Below, in pieces: positions 1 through 8,980 of a stretch of DNA of 64,000 nt. The notes beneath the pieces are model-generated. The model worked only from the letters and a program-made list of their open reading frames with translations. It was not told the DNA's origin and ran no database searches. The stretch spans positions 37,342-101,341 of the forward strand of contig JBBTTE010000004.1 in assembly GCA_038064395.1 (NCBI GenBank), read 5' to 3'. The DNA comes from Patescibacteria group bacterium (GTDB lineage Bacteria > Patescibacteriota > Saccharimonadia > Saccharimonadales > UBA4665). Position numbers and translations under genes: made by a program. The stretch's first letter is position 1, and each line of letters starts with the position of its first letter.

Positions 1-29
1 ATCGAGGTCGTCCTAATCCGAGACCGATC

Positions 30-1595
30 ATGCCTGATTACCAGAGGCCAGTTGCTCACGTCGATGCACACCCGAGTCGAAGACCAATCTTTAAGGCTGC
101 CGTCCCTGAGCCTGCGCCAATTCAGACTCAAGCAGTCGCTCATAAGCGACCGCCGATTGATATGGATTTGCCAGGCAAGGACAGCATCTCAGCATTGCAA
201 ATGATCAAGCAGAAGGCCAAGCGTCGCAAGCTGCGCCGTCGCATGGCGCAAAGCATGGCGGTGGCCATGGTGCTTGTCATTACAATGGGAGGCTTATTGT
301 TCTCGCAGAGCTATCTCAAGTTGCACAAAGCTTTCAGGGGTGGAGCAGAGACAGCCGAAGCCCTTAAGCCAACCGTTAATCCTGATCTTCTTAAGGGTGA
401 AGGCCGTGGGCGTATCAATATCTTATTGTTAGGACGTGGTGGCGGCAGTCACGATGCTCCAGATCTGACAGATACGATAATGATTGCCAGCATCGATCCT
501 GTGAACCACACTTCGACGCTACTCAGCGTACCGCGCGATCTATGGGTAAATGTGCCCGACCACGGTGTTATGAAGATCAATGCTGCTTGGGAGACAGGCG
601 TATACAAATACCTGGGCAAAGTAACTAACAACACCAGTGACCCTAAGGCTGTGCAAGCTGGATTTGATGTCATAGACAAGACGATCACAGATGTTATGGG
701 CATTACTGTTGACTACAACATGCTTGTCGACTTCCAAGCCTTCAAGCAGGCCGTTGATACGGTCGGAGGGGTTACGGTCAACGTGCCAACTGATCTGATT
801 GATCCAACAATGGCCTGGGAAAATGCTGGCAATGCCACCCTGGCTACAGCAGGCATACATGACTTTGATGGTTCGCATGCCCTGACTTATGTGAGGTCTC
901 GCGAAACTACTAGTGACTTTGCCCGGGCAGAACGTCAGAGGTCTGTATTAGTGGCCCTGAAGGGCAGAGCAGAGAATCTCGGCACTCTGAGTAACCCACT
1001 TAAGCTGTCAGGCCTCATTAGCGCCTTCGGTGATAATGTCCAAACCGATCTGTCGCTCAAGAACGCCAGTCGTCTATTAAGTATTCTGAAGGCTATTAGT
1101 GACGTAAACGTAAACTCTATTGGTCTAGCTGGATCAGCCGACCAGAAGGCGCCTAACGCCACACCATCATATATTGCCACCGGTAACATTAACGGTCAGT
1201 CTGTAGTTTTGCCCAAGGCTGGTCTGTTCAAATACGACGCCATACAGCAGTACGTAAGGTCTCAACTCAAAGATCCTTATATAATGAAGGAAAAGGCCAA
1301 GATAATAGTTATTAACGGCACTGATATACCAAGTCTGGCGACCGCTAAGGCTGATGAACTAAAAAGCTATGGCTACAATGTCATAGGTGTCAGCAATGCC
1401 ACGAACGGCTGGACAACAACGACCCTAATCGATCTGACCCACAACAAGAAATATACCAAGAACTACCTCGAGCAACGCCTCGGTACAAGGGCTTCCCAGA
1501 GCTTAGCTGACACTAGTATTGCGACTAATGGCGCGGACTTTGCTATCATAATAGGTAGCAATGAGGCCAATTCTACAGTCAATCAAGCCAACTAG
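30..1595 (+). CDS. LytR-CpsA-Psr (LCP) family cell-envelope transferase with N-terminal TM anchor and LytR_C-like C-terminus
   Basis: Core motifs RINILLLGRGGG, DLTDTIMIASIDP and LLSVPRDLWV are present. The N-terminus is basic with one TM helix. The C-terminal KIIVINGT..ADELKSYGYNV resembles the LytR_C domain. Confidence 0.85.
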   Translation: MPDYQRPVAHVDAHPSRRPIFKAAVPEPAPIQTQAVAHKRPPIDMDLPGKDSISALQMIKQKAKRRKLRRRMAQSMAVAMVLVITMGGLLFSQSYLKLHKAFRGGAETAEALKPTVNPDLLKGEGRGRINILLLGRGGGSHDAPDLTDTIMIASIDPVNHTSTLLSVPRDLWVNVPDHGVMKINAAWETGVYKYLGKVTNNTSDPKAVQAGFDVIDKTITDVMGITVDYNMLVDFQAFKQAVDTVGGVTVNVPTDLIDPTMAWENAGNATLATAGIHDFDGSHALTYVRSRETTSDFARAERQRSVLVALKGRAENLGTLSNPLKLSGLISAFGDNVQTDLSLKNASRLLSILKAISDVNVNSIGLAGSADQKAPNATPSYIATGNINGQSVVLPKAGLFKYDAIQQYVRSQLKDPYIMKEKAKIIVINGTDIPSLATAKADELKSYGYNVIGVSNATNGWTTTTLIDLTHNKKYTKNYLEQRLGTRASQSLADTSIATNGADFAIIIGSNEANSTVNQAN

Positions 1596-2310
1596 CGGTA
1601 TAGCGCACTTTTTACACCTGTGTTTGGTGTTGGTGTTGCCGTTGATTGTATTCATCATGGTTCGCCTTAACTTCACCCAGTTAGCAGTGCTGGTGATCAT
1701 TCTTAGTAAGTGGCGTATGTTTGCAGTCAGACCTCGCTTCTGGGCGGCCAACATCAGGGCTAATGCCATCGACCTAATGGTGGGTCTATCAGCAGTGGTA
1801 TTCATGACACATGGCGAGAGCATAGGCGTTCAGGCGGTTTGGACTGTCTTGTACGCTATCTGGCTGTTGGCTCTTAAACCTCGCTCAGGCGTGCCTGCAG
1901 TAACCGCACAGGCCTTCATCGGTCAGTTATCAGCTCTCTCGGCTCTTTACTTAGTATGGGGTGATGGGCCAGTCTTCGGCCTAACTCTTCTGACAGGTCT
2001 ATTCTGTTTCTTGGCTGCCAGGCACTTCCTTGATGCCTTCGATGAGCCTTACGCCAAGATGCTGTCTTATATATGGGGTTACTTCGGCGCCTCACTAGCA
2101 TGGCTACTCAGCCACTGGTTGCTGTACTACCGTGGCGTGGCACAGACAACTTTATTACTCAGTACGATTGGCTACGGTATGGCGGTGCTGTATTATCTTG
2201 ATCACAACGACCGTTTGAGCAAGGGAATTCGTCGACAGTTCATCTTTATTATGGTCGCTATCGTGCTCGTAGTACTGGCTTTCTCCGACTGGGGTGATAA
2301 GGTAGTCTAG
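1561..2310 (+). CDS. polytopic integral membrane protein, unknown function
   Basis: Long ORF with about 7 hydrophobic segments. It overlaps the LCP gene end. No family motif was recognised. Confidence 0.5.
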   Translation: MRPILQSIKPTSGIAHFLHLCLVLVLPLIVFIMVRLNFTQLAVLVIILSKWRMFAVRPRFWAANIRANAIDLMVGLSAVVFMTHGESIGVQAVWTVLYAIWLLALKPRSGVPAVTAQAFIGQLSALSALYLVWGDGPVFGLTLLTGLFCFLAARHFLDAFDEPYAKMLSYIWGYFGASLAWLLSHWLLYYRGVAQTTLLLSTIGYGMAVLYYLDHNDRLSKGIRRQFIFIMVAIVLVVLAFSDWGDKVV

Positions 2311-2357
2311 GTTATTTGTCCGTTGTTTGTTCAGTTTTGCCCGTTGTAATTGTTATT

Positions 2358-3188
2358 TTACGTTGATTTGAATACTACGATGAAGTCTATAGTCTGCTCT
2401 AAGGTGTAGCCCTTAGCTTCGGCCATTTTTTGCAGTTCAGCATGTTGGTCAGGGAACGCCTCAATTAATAAATACAACGGCTTAATGTTCAATTTGCTAA
2501 TCTGGTCAAAAAGCTTACGGTAGAGATCCAGACCGTCTTGGCCAGCAAACAAGGCTATCTTGGGCTCATGCTGCGCCGCCTGATTAATCTTATGCTTATC
2601 TGGTACGTAGGGTAGGTTACACAGTAAGATGTCGTAATCCTTGGGTGATGACTTCAGCAGGTCGCTCTTGATGACGCTTATGCCTGGTGTAAGTTTATCT
2701 ACATTGATTTGGGCTATTTGTAGGGCTTTGTCATCTATCTCTATCAGGTCGACAGTGCAATTTGGTACTTCTAAGGCGGTAGTAATTCCGAGCGCTCCAG
2801 AGCCGGTTCCGACATCTGCGATACGTAGCTTATGGTCTGGGTTTTGCCACAACACCCTACTAGCGGCCAACTCCTTGAACAGGTCAATAATTGTCTCGGA
2901 CTCAGGCCTCGGCACAAGTACGCCAGGACCGACTACAAAATCACGACCATAGAACTCACAGTGTCCACGTATGTAGGCAAGGGGCTCGTGAGCCGCCCTA
3001 CGATTGAGCAAATTTGTGAGTTTTGCTTGTTGCTCGGTAGTTAGTTGGGCTTCTGGCTCAGCCAATAGGTGCGCGCGATCAAGGCCAAGCACGTCTTCCA
3101 GCAAAACCAAACAATCAAGTCTTGCCGTGGCAATACTCGCAGTCTGCAATAGCTTCGTGGCATCTTGTAGCCATTCTCTAATATTCAT
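2358..3188 (-). CDS. prmC: peptide chain release factor N5-glutamine methyltransferase PrmC/HemK
   Basis: SAM motif DVGTGSGALG. The catalytic motif position reads NLPY instead of NPPY. The HemK-like N-terminal helical domain is present and prfA is nearby. Confidence 0.85.
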   Translation of the reverse strand: MNIREWLQDATKLLQTASIATARLDCLVLLEDVLGLDRAHLLAEPEAQLTTEQQAKLTNLLNRRAAHEPLAYIRGHCEFYGRDFVVGPGVLVPRPESETIIDLFKELAASRVLWQNPDHKLRIADVGTGSGALGITTALEVPNCTVDLIEIDDKALQIAQINVDKLTPGISVIKSDLLKSSPKDYDILLCNLPYVPDKHKINQAAQHEPKIALFAGQDGLDLYRKLFDQISKLNIKPLYLLIEAFPDQHAELQKMAEAKGYTLEQTIDFIVVFKST

Positions 3189-3195
3189 TGTAGGT

Positions 3196-3201
3196 ATTAT
3201 A
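3196..3201 (-). promoter_or_regulatory. -10 box TATAAT for prmC, 7 nt upstream of its ATG (leaderless layout)
   Basis: The minus strand reads TATAAT-acctaca-ATG, with the ATG at 3188. Confidence 0.5.
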
Positions 3202-3246
3202 TGCCCAACGACGTGATCCGCGGCAGGTTTTGTGATTAGTTAATCC

Positions 3247-3306
3247 GTGACTATATAGAATCACTAGCGAATCCATATAAATTCTATATAGATTCGATAT
3301 GGTCAC
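3247..3306. repeat. palindromic intergenic element with 11-bp phased ATAT cores (family copy A)
   Basis: ATAT cores start at 3253, (3264 skipped), 3275, 3286 and 3297. Terminal inverted repeats are GTGACTATATAGAATC (3247-3262) and GATTCGATATGGTCAC (3291-3306), matching at 14 of 16 positions. Confidence 0.75.
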
Positions 3307-3342
3307 TGTTTTGGCAGAGAACAACGACAGAGGCTCTAGACA

Positions 3343-3371
3343 TTGACAAAACAGCAATAATTTGCTACAAT
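3343..3371 (+). promoter_or_regulatory. sigma70-type promoter TTGACA-17-TGcTACAAT for the 3407 gene
   Basis: TTGACA lies at 3343-3348, followed by a 17-nt spacer ending in TGc and TACAAT at 3366-3371. An AAGGA Shine-Dalgarno precedes the ATG at 3407. Confidence 0.7.
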
Positions 3372-3406
3372 ATTGTTTAGTTAAATCGTAACAACAAGGA
3401 TCGGCA

Positions 3407-4282
3407 ATGAGCTTCAACCCCAAATCCCACAACATGCTTGGTGACCAGTCTGGCTCAGGCTCGGTCGGTGCTATTAGAGGTGCGGCTCTGGTGCTTCTTG
3501 CTGCTGCAGTTGGTGGAGGCGCCATTCACATTAACGAGCACGACCAAAACGAACAAAAGAAAATGATAGAAGGTGCAGCACAACCTGTACTCGACGCCAA
3601 CAAAGAAGTTATAGACGACATTTATGCGATAGATGATGCCAAGGAGCTGGCAAAAGAAGGCATGTTCAAGCGAGTCGCACTTCATATGGAAACGCCCAAG
3701 CCATATCCTGTTGAAAAACTACGTGACGGCAAGGAAGGCCGTGTACTTCCGAGTAGCTTCGATATTCCTAAGAGCACCAGCGCTTCACTTAGGAAGCAGA
3801 TTTTCCGTGACGGCAAACACATTACTTGGACCGAGGCCAAAGAAGCTGCCAAGTTACGCGATACGACTCCTGCAAGTGAACGATATCGAACAGTAGCTGT
3901 GGATGCCAGCAATTCAAGCACCGACCCCAATAAGAGCATTAAATATGCCGCGAACGACAAGGAATTCCAGCGCTACATTAGATTGACAGATAGTATCACA
4001 CAGGCTGCGGCCGAATCGGTCAAACCACTAACTGCCGAATTAAAAAATGATTTCGATCAAGAACGTCAGAACCTCGATGGATACAAGAGGATAGCCAAGT
4101 TAATAGGCCTTCAATTCAATCCAAACTTTAGAGAGCTCAGAGAAAGCACCTCTGAAATAGATGCAGCAATTAATTCTATGAAGTACACAGCGGAGTTGAA
4201 CCACGTAGAGTTACCAACAGATAAGTCTAAGCAAGAGCAGTCCACCAAGCGACCGCTAACTCCCGAAACTACGCAATCTTAA
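3407..4282 (+). CDS. hypothetical protein, N-terminal TM anchor plus charged extracytoplasmic region (orphan)
   Basis: ORF with a near-consensus promoter and an SD. It has one hydrophobic helix (AALVLLAAAVGGGA). No family motif was recognised. Confidence 0.55.
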   Translation: MSFNPKSHNMLGDQSGSGSVGAIRGAALVLLAAAVGGGAIHINEHDQNEQKKMIEGAAQPVLDANKEVIDDIYAIDDAKELAKEGMFKRVALHMETPKPYPVEKLRDGKEGRVLPSSFDIPKSTSASLRKQIFRDGKHITWTEAKEAAKLRDTTPASERYRTVAVDASNSSTDPNKSIKYAANDKEFQRYIRLTDSITQAAAESVKPLTAELKNDFDQERQNLDGYKRIAKLIGLQFNPNFRELRESTSEIDAAINSMKYTAELNHVELPTDKSKQEQSTKRPLTPETTQS

Positions 4283-4297
4283 CAACCGTATAGTCTA

Positions 4298-4306
4298 TGG
4301 TACGAT
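4298..4306 (+). promoter_or_regulatory. extended -10 TGgTACGAT, 7 nt before the serC ATG at 4314
   Basis: Read directly from the sequence. Confidence 0.45.
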
Positions 4307-4313
4307 GGAGGTG

Positions 4314-5396
4314 ATGAGTAGGGTATATAACTTTAGTGCTGGTCCAAGCACGCTGCCGGAGGTTGTGCTCGAAAAGGCCAAGGCGCAGCTGGTCGACTAT
4401 GATGGCGCCGGTATGAGTGTCATGGAGATGAGCCACCGCAGCCCCGAGTTCTTGGGTATAGCGCGTCAGGCTGAGCAGGATCTGCGTGACCTGATGAAAA
4501 TCCCCGACAACTACAAAGTACTATTCTTACAAGGTGGCGCAACAGGGCAGTTTGCCGCTATTCCGCTCAACTTAGCTGAGCAAACAGACACGGCCGATTA
4601 TGTAATTACAGGCATGTGGGGCAAGAAGGCTCACAAAGAAGCCCAAAAGTACCTACAGAACGCCAATATTGCAGCTATGCCCGATCCTTATACGAGTATT
4701 CCAGATCAGTCTAGCTGGCATCTTAGCCCAGGCTCCAAATATCTCCACATAACTGTTAACGAGACTATTCATGGCGTGGCTTTCAATGATATTCCAGATA
4801 CTGGCGACGTGCCTCTAGTTGGTGACATTAGCTCTACGATCTGTAGCAGGCCACTTGATGTCAGCAAGTTCGGCGTGCTGTACGCCGGGGCGCAGAAGAA
4901 CCTCGGTCCAGCAGGTCTGACCGTAGTAGTCGTCCGTGATGATCTGCTAGACACAGCGCGTGGCCACACCCCAGCCGTCTGGCACTGGGCAGATAAGTCA
5001 GCTGCCGAGTCAATGCTCAATACTCCGCCGACTTATAGTTGGTACATGGCTGGTCTGATTCTAGACTGGCTCAAGAATGACATCGGTGGACTGGACAAGA
5101 TGGCTGCTATTAATAAGCGCAAGGCTGCCAAGTTATATAAGACAATTGATGATTCTGACTTCTATGCCAACCCTGTTGAGGTCAAGTCACGGTCGCTGAT
5201 GAATGTGCCTTTCACTCTTGCTAAGCCTGATCTGGATAAGACTTTCCTCGAGCAGGCCGCTGAGCAAGGCCTAGTAAATCTGGGCGGGCATAGAAGTGTT
5301 GGTGGTATGCGGGCTAGTATTTATAACGCGATACCTGAGGCTGGAGTCGATGCATTAATTAAGTTCATGAAGGAGTTCGAGGCAAAACATGGCTAA
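4314..5396 (+). CDS. serC: phosphoserine aminotransferase
   Basis: The N-terminus MSRVYNFSAGPSTLP matches the SerC start (E. coli MAQIFNFSSGP). It is a class V aminotransferase of about 360 aa. The ORF track begins at 4305, but the ATG at 4314 is preferred. Confidence 0.9.
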   Translation: MSRVYNFSAGPSTLPEVVLEKAKAQLVDYDGAGMSVMEMSHRSPEFLGIARQAEQDLRDLMKIPDNYKVLFLQGGATGQFAAIPLNLAEQTDTADYVITGMWGKKAHKEAQKYLQNANIAAMPDPYTSIPDQSSWHLSPGSKYLHITVNETIHGVAFNDIPDTGDVPLVGDISSTICSRPLDVSKFGVLYAGAQKNLGPAGLTVVVVRDDLLDTARGHTPAVWHWADKSAAESMLNTPPTYSWYMAGLILDWLKNDIGGLDKMAAINKRKAAKLYKTIDDSDFYANPVEVKSRSLMNVPFTLAKPDLDKTFLEQAAEQGLVNLGGHRSVGGMRASIYNAIPEAGVDALIKFMKEFEAKHG

Positions 5397-6552
5397 ATAC
5401 AAGATCAAAACCTACAATACTATTTCAGCAGTCGGTCTCGACAAATTTGGCTCAGATTACGAAGTTGGGCCTGAGTGCGCCGATCCAGATGCCATAATGC
5501 TGCGATCCTTTGATCTTCACAAGGAGAAACTTAGCGACAGTGTTCTGGCTGTTGGTCGCGCCGGTGCTGGAACAAATAACATTCCAGTTGATGAGCTAGC
5601 CAAGCAGGGCATAGTTGTCTTCAACGCCCCTGGTGCTAATGCGAACTCCGTCAAAGAACTAGTCATCGCCGGAATGCTACTCGCTGCCCGTAATTTGCCA
5701 GATGCCTTAAGTTACGTCAGCGGACTAGGTGAGGAAGGCATGAAAGAAGCCGTCGAAGCAGGCAAGAAGAAGTACGCTGGCGGCGAGCTTCACGGCAAAA
5801 CCCTCGGTGTTATCGGCCTTGGTGCAATTGGTTATCGCGTAGCTAATAGTGCGACTGACTTAGGTATGAAAGTGTTGGGTTACGATCCAGCTATGACCGT
5901 TAGTAACGCCTGGCAGCTTTCGCCAGACGTCGATAAGGTCGATGACCTTGATGCATTGCTAGCCCAGTGTGACTTCGTGACGATTCATGTGCCATTGCTT
6001 GATGCTACGCGTGGTTTGTTAAGCGCTGAGAAGTTGTCCAAGATGAAGCCGACAGCCGTTTTGCTTAATTTCTCTCGGGATGAACTGGTCGATGAGCCTG
6101 CTCTTATCGCTCAACTTGATTCTGATAAGTTGGGGCGATACGTGTCAGATTTCCCCAACAAGCTAACTCGTGGCCACGCCAAGATTATAGCTTTGCCGCA
6201 CCTTGGCGCCAGCACTGAGGAAGCCGAAGACAGCTGTGCAATTATGATTGCCGACCAATTGCAGGATTATCTGGAGAATGGCAATATCCAGCACTCTGTG
6301 AATTTCCCTGAGGCCAAGTTGTCACGCAAAGGTCCGACTCGATTGACGATAACTCACAAGAACGAAGCTGGCGTTGTGGCTCAGATTACCCAAATACTTG
6401 GCGTTACGGGGATTAATATAGTCGAGCTGCTGAACAAGAGTCGTGGTGAGCTAGCGTATACGATCCTCGATCTTGAAGTAGACAGCCTGGACGACAGTGT
6501 CCAAGAAGCGCTTAAGAAGATTCCGTCTATCCTTAAGCTGCGTGCTATCTAG
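5389..6552 (+). CDS. serA: D-3-phosphoglycerate dehydrogenase with C-terminal ACT domain
   Basis: The 2-hydroxyacid dehydrogenase NAD motif GVIGLGAIG is present, with an ACT-like C-terminal part (LTITHKNEAGVVAQITQILG). The gene is adjacent to serC. Confidence 0.85.
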   Translation: MAKYKIKTYNTISAVGLDKFGSDYEVGPECADPDAIMLRSFDLHKEKLSDSVLAVGRAGAGTNNIPVDELAKQGIVVFNAPGANANSVKELVIAGMLLAARNLPDALSYVSGLGEEGMKEAVEAGKKKYAGGELHGKTLGVIGLGAIGYRVANSATDLGMKVLGYDPAMTVSNAWQLSPDVDKVDDLDALLAQCDFVTIHVPLLDATRGLLSAEKLSKMKPTAVLLNFSRDELVDEPALIAQLDSDKLGRYVSDFPNKLTRGHAKIIALPHLGASTEEAEDSCAIMIADQLQDYLENGNIQHSVNFPEAKLSRKGPTRLTITHKNEAGVVAQITQILGVTGINIVELLNKSRGELAYTILDLEVDSLDDSVQEALKKIPSILKLRAI

Positions 6553-6553
6553 C

Positions 6554-7609
6554 TTATTCGCTACTGAGCAGTTCGTGTTCGGCCTTCTGCAAGGCTTCTA
6601 CTAGGTCGTCTATATCGCCAGCTAGCGCGGCAGGGATATTGCTGCGACTGTAGCCGATGCGGTGATCTGTGATGCGGTCTTGTGGGAAGTTGTAGGTTCT
6701 TATCTTCTCGGAGCGGTCGCCCGAGCCGATTAGCTTCTTTCGGGCTTCTGATGATTCTTTCTGTTCTTCGTCAATCTTCTGTTGGAGCAGTCTCGACCTA
6801 AGTACACTCATGGCTTTGGCCTTGTTCTTGATCTGAGATTTCTCATCCTGGTTACTGACAACTAGACCGCTTGGCAGGTGAGTTATTCTGACGGCTGAAT
6901 CGGTAGTGTTAACAGATTGGCCACCGTGGCCACCACTACGGTATACATCAATACGTAGATCACTAGGATTGATCTCAATATCTGATTCTTCGGCTTCAGG
7001 TAGAACCGCTACGGTGGTGGTGGAGGTGTGAATGCGGCCTTGGCTCTCAGTTACGGGTACGCGTTGGACGCGATGCACGCCGGCTTCGAACTTGAGGTTC
7101 TTATAAGCATCGACGCCACGGACGGCAAAGGTGATTTCATTGAAGCCACCGACTTCGTTAGGCGTTTCGTTGAGCAGCTCTAGCTTGTAGTCATGGGCTT
7201 CGGCCCAGCGGGCGTACATGCGATAAAGTTCACCAGCGAACAGGCTAGATTCGTCGCCACCAGCAGCGGCTCTTATCTCGATGATTACGTCGCGTTCATT
7301 GTTCGGATCAACAGGGGTTAGAGCTTCGATTAAGGCTTCTTCGTTGGCGGCGATCTTGGGCTCGAGTTCTTCGAGTTCTGTGGCGGCCATCTGTTGCATC
7401 TCGGCGTCCGAGTTGCTCTTGAGTTCTTCGGCTGAGGCTTTGGCATCGGCCAGCTTGGCTTTCTCGTCGAACAGCTTAACTATGTCTTCGACGTCGCTGC
7501 GGCGTTTGGCAAGTTTGGGGTAATTCTTGTCAGCAAAAACAGATGGATCTTGGAGCTTGGCTTCCAGATCTTGGAGTTCTTGGCGGAGTGATTGTTCCTT
7601 GTTGTCCAT
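6554..7609 (-). CDS. prfA: peptide chain release factor 1
   Basis: GGQ motif ([22 protein letters not shown]) and the RF1-type PxT tripeptide (PVT) are both present. Confidence 0.95.
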   Translation of the reverse strand: MDNKEQSLRQELQDLEAKLQDPSVFADKNYPKLAKRRSDVEDIVKLFDEKAKLADAKASAEELKSNSDAEMQQMAATELEELEPKIAANEEALIEALTPVDPNNERDVIIEIRAAAGGDESSLFAGELYRMYARWAEAHDYKLELLNETPNEVGGFNEITFAVRGVDAYKNLKFEAGVHRVQRVPVTESQGRIHTSTTTVAVLPEAEESDIEINPSDLRIDVYRSGGHGGQSVNTTDSAVRITHLPSGLVVSNQDEKSQIKNKAKAMSVLRSRLLQQKIDEEQKESSEARKKLIGSGDRSEKIRTYNFPQDRITDHRIGYSRSNIPAALAGDIDDLVEALQKAEHELLSSE

Positions 7610-7642
7610 AATGGTTTCGCTTAGTTAGTATATATGGGAAAT

Positions 7643-7668
7643 AAAAAACACCCGAAAATTATCGAGTG
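7643..7668 (-). terminator. putative intrinsic terminator after rpmE
   Basis: The minus strand reads CACUCG-8 nt loop-CGGGUG (6-bp stem including one G-U pair), followed by UUUUUUAUUU. Confidence 0.5.
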
Positions 7669-7685
7669 CTAATAGCAGAACTTAG

Positions 7686-8048
7686 CTATTGCTTAGGAGT
7701 TGTAATGTCGTTGACGGCCTTGATTTCGGCCTTCTCGATCTTAGCAGCGACACGCTTGGCGTCCTTCTTGGCGGCAGAGGCACGCTTGTCCTTGTTGGCA
7801 GCACCGGCAGCGGCACGAGCCTTAAACTTATCGACGCGACCTTCGATGTCTAGAATTCGTTCTTCACCGGTGAAGAACGGGTGAGAAGCGCTGGTAATGT
7901 GTACCTTCATAAGTGGATATTCGTTGCCGTCTTCCCACTTGGTGGTTTCTTCGGTCTTAGCGGTTGAGCGCGTCAAGAATCGGAAGCCGTTGTTGAGGTC
8001 TTCGAATACCATTAGCTGGTAGCTGTCGGGGTGAATACTCTTCTTCAT
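7686..8048 (-). CDS. rpmE: 50S ribosomal protein L31 (type B, no CxxC) with Lys/Ala-rich C-terminal extension
   Basis: MKKSIHPD...ITSASHPFFTG is the L31 signature. The zinc-binding cysteines are absent. A roughly 40-aa KA-rich tail follows. The start is taken at the ATG at 8048; the ORF track extends to 8069. Confidence 0.9.
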   Translation of the reverse strand: MKKSIHPDSYQLMVFEDLNNGFRFLTRSTAKTEETTKWEDGNEYPLMKVHITSASHPFFTGEERILDIEGRVDKFKARAAAGAANKDKRASAAKKDAKRVAAKIEKAEIKAVNDITTPKQ

Positions 8049-8097
8049 AATCGAATTATTAGTATACACATCTGTTAGCCTTTGGTCAAGACGCTTG

Positions 8098-8126
8098 TTG
8101 CATAACTCCTTCTCATCTGTTACACT
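8098..8126 (+). promoter_or_regulatory. promoter TTGCAT-17-TGtTACACT for rpsB-tsf
   Basis: TTGCAT lies at 8098-8103, followed by a 17-nt spacer with TGt and TACACT at 8121-8126. This leaves a leader of about 90 nt. Confidence 0.6.
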
Positions 8127-8222
8127 GATTGAACAATTAATTAATCAGGTTGGGGTTTGATCCTCCTGTGCGGCACCTCCTAAGGACCACATGGGCTCCC
8201 AATCGAAGAGAAAGGACCTACC

Positions 8223-8978
8223 ATGGCGACAGATGTCGACATTAAGAAACTATTAGAAGCGGGCGCGCACTTTGGTCACAAAACCGAGCGTTGGCACCCT
8301 AAGATGGCACCTTACATCCACAGTAAGCGTGGCGGCACACACATTATTGACCTAGCTCAGACTGTAACTGGTCTTGAGACTGCTCTTAGCTTCATTACTA
8401 AGACTGCTAGTGAAGGCAAGCAGATCCTGCTAGTCGGCACCAAGCGACAGGCCCAGGACATTGTTAAGAAAGTCGCGCTTGAGACCAACATGCCTTACGT
8501 AACTGAGCGCTGGCTCGGTGGCATGATCACCAACTGGAATACCATTGGTGGCCGCGTGAAGCACATGGTTGACCTCGAGAACCGCATGGAATCTGGCGAA
8601 CTGGCTAACAAGTACAACAAGCTAGAAGTTCAGCGTTTCCAAGAGGAAATAGACCAGATGGAGGTCCTATACGGTGGCGTTAAGGAAATGAACAGCCGCG
8701 TCGGTGCAGTATTTGTTATCGATATCGTAAATGACGTCAACGCTGTTCGTGAAGCCAACAAGCTGAAGATTCCAATAGTAGCTCTAGTCGACACTAACGC
8801 TGACCCAAGTCAGGTAACATACCCAATTCCTGCTAACGACGACGCAATCAAGACGATCCAGCTGATCATGGACTACGTCCAAACTGCTATCGAAACCGGC
8901 AAGGCCAAAGCTAAGGCAACTCCTGATGCTAAGGCAGGTGAGAAGACTGACAAAATTGAAAAAGTGAAGGTAGGCTAA
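8223..8978 (+). CDS. rpsB: 30S ribosomal protein S2
   Basis: LLEAGAHFGHKTERWHPKM is the S2 signature, and tsf follows immediately. Confidence 0.97.
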   Translation: MATDVDIKKLLEAGAHFGHKTERWHPKMAPYIHSKRGGTHIIDLAQTVTGLETALSFITKTASEGKQILLVGTKRQAQDIVKKVALETNMPYVTERWLGGMITNWNTIGGRVKHMVDLENRMESGELANKYNKLEVQRFQEEIDQMEVLYGGVKEMNSRVGAVFVIDIVNDVNAVREANKLKIPIVALVDTNADPSQVTYPIPANDDAIKTIQLIMDYVQTAIETGKAKAKATPDAKAGEKTDKIEKVKVG

Positions 8979-8980
8979 AC

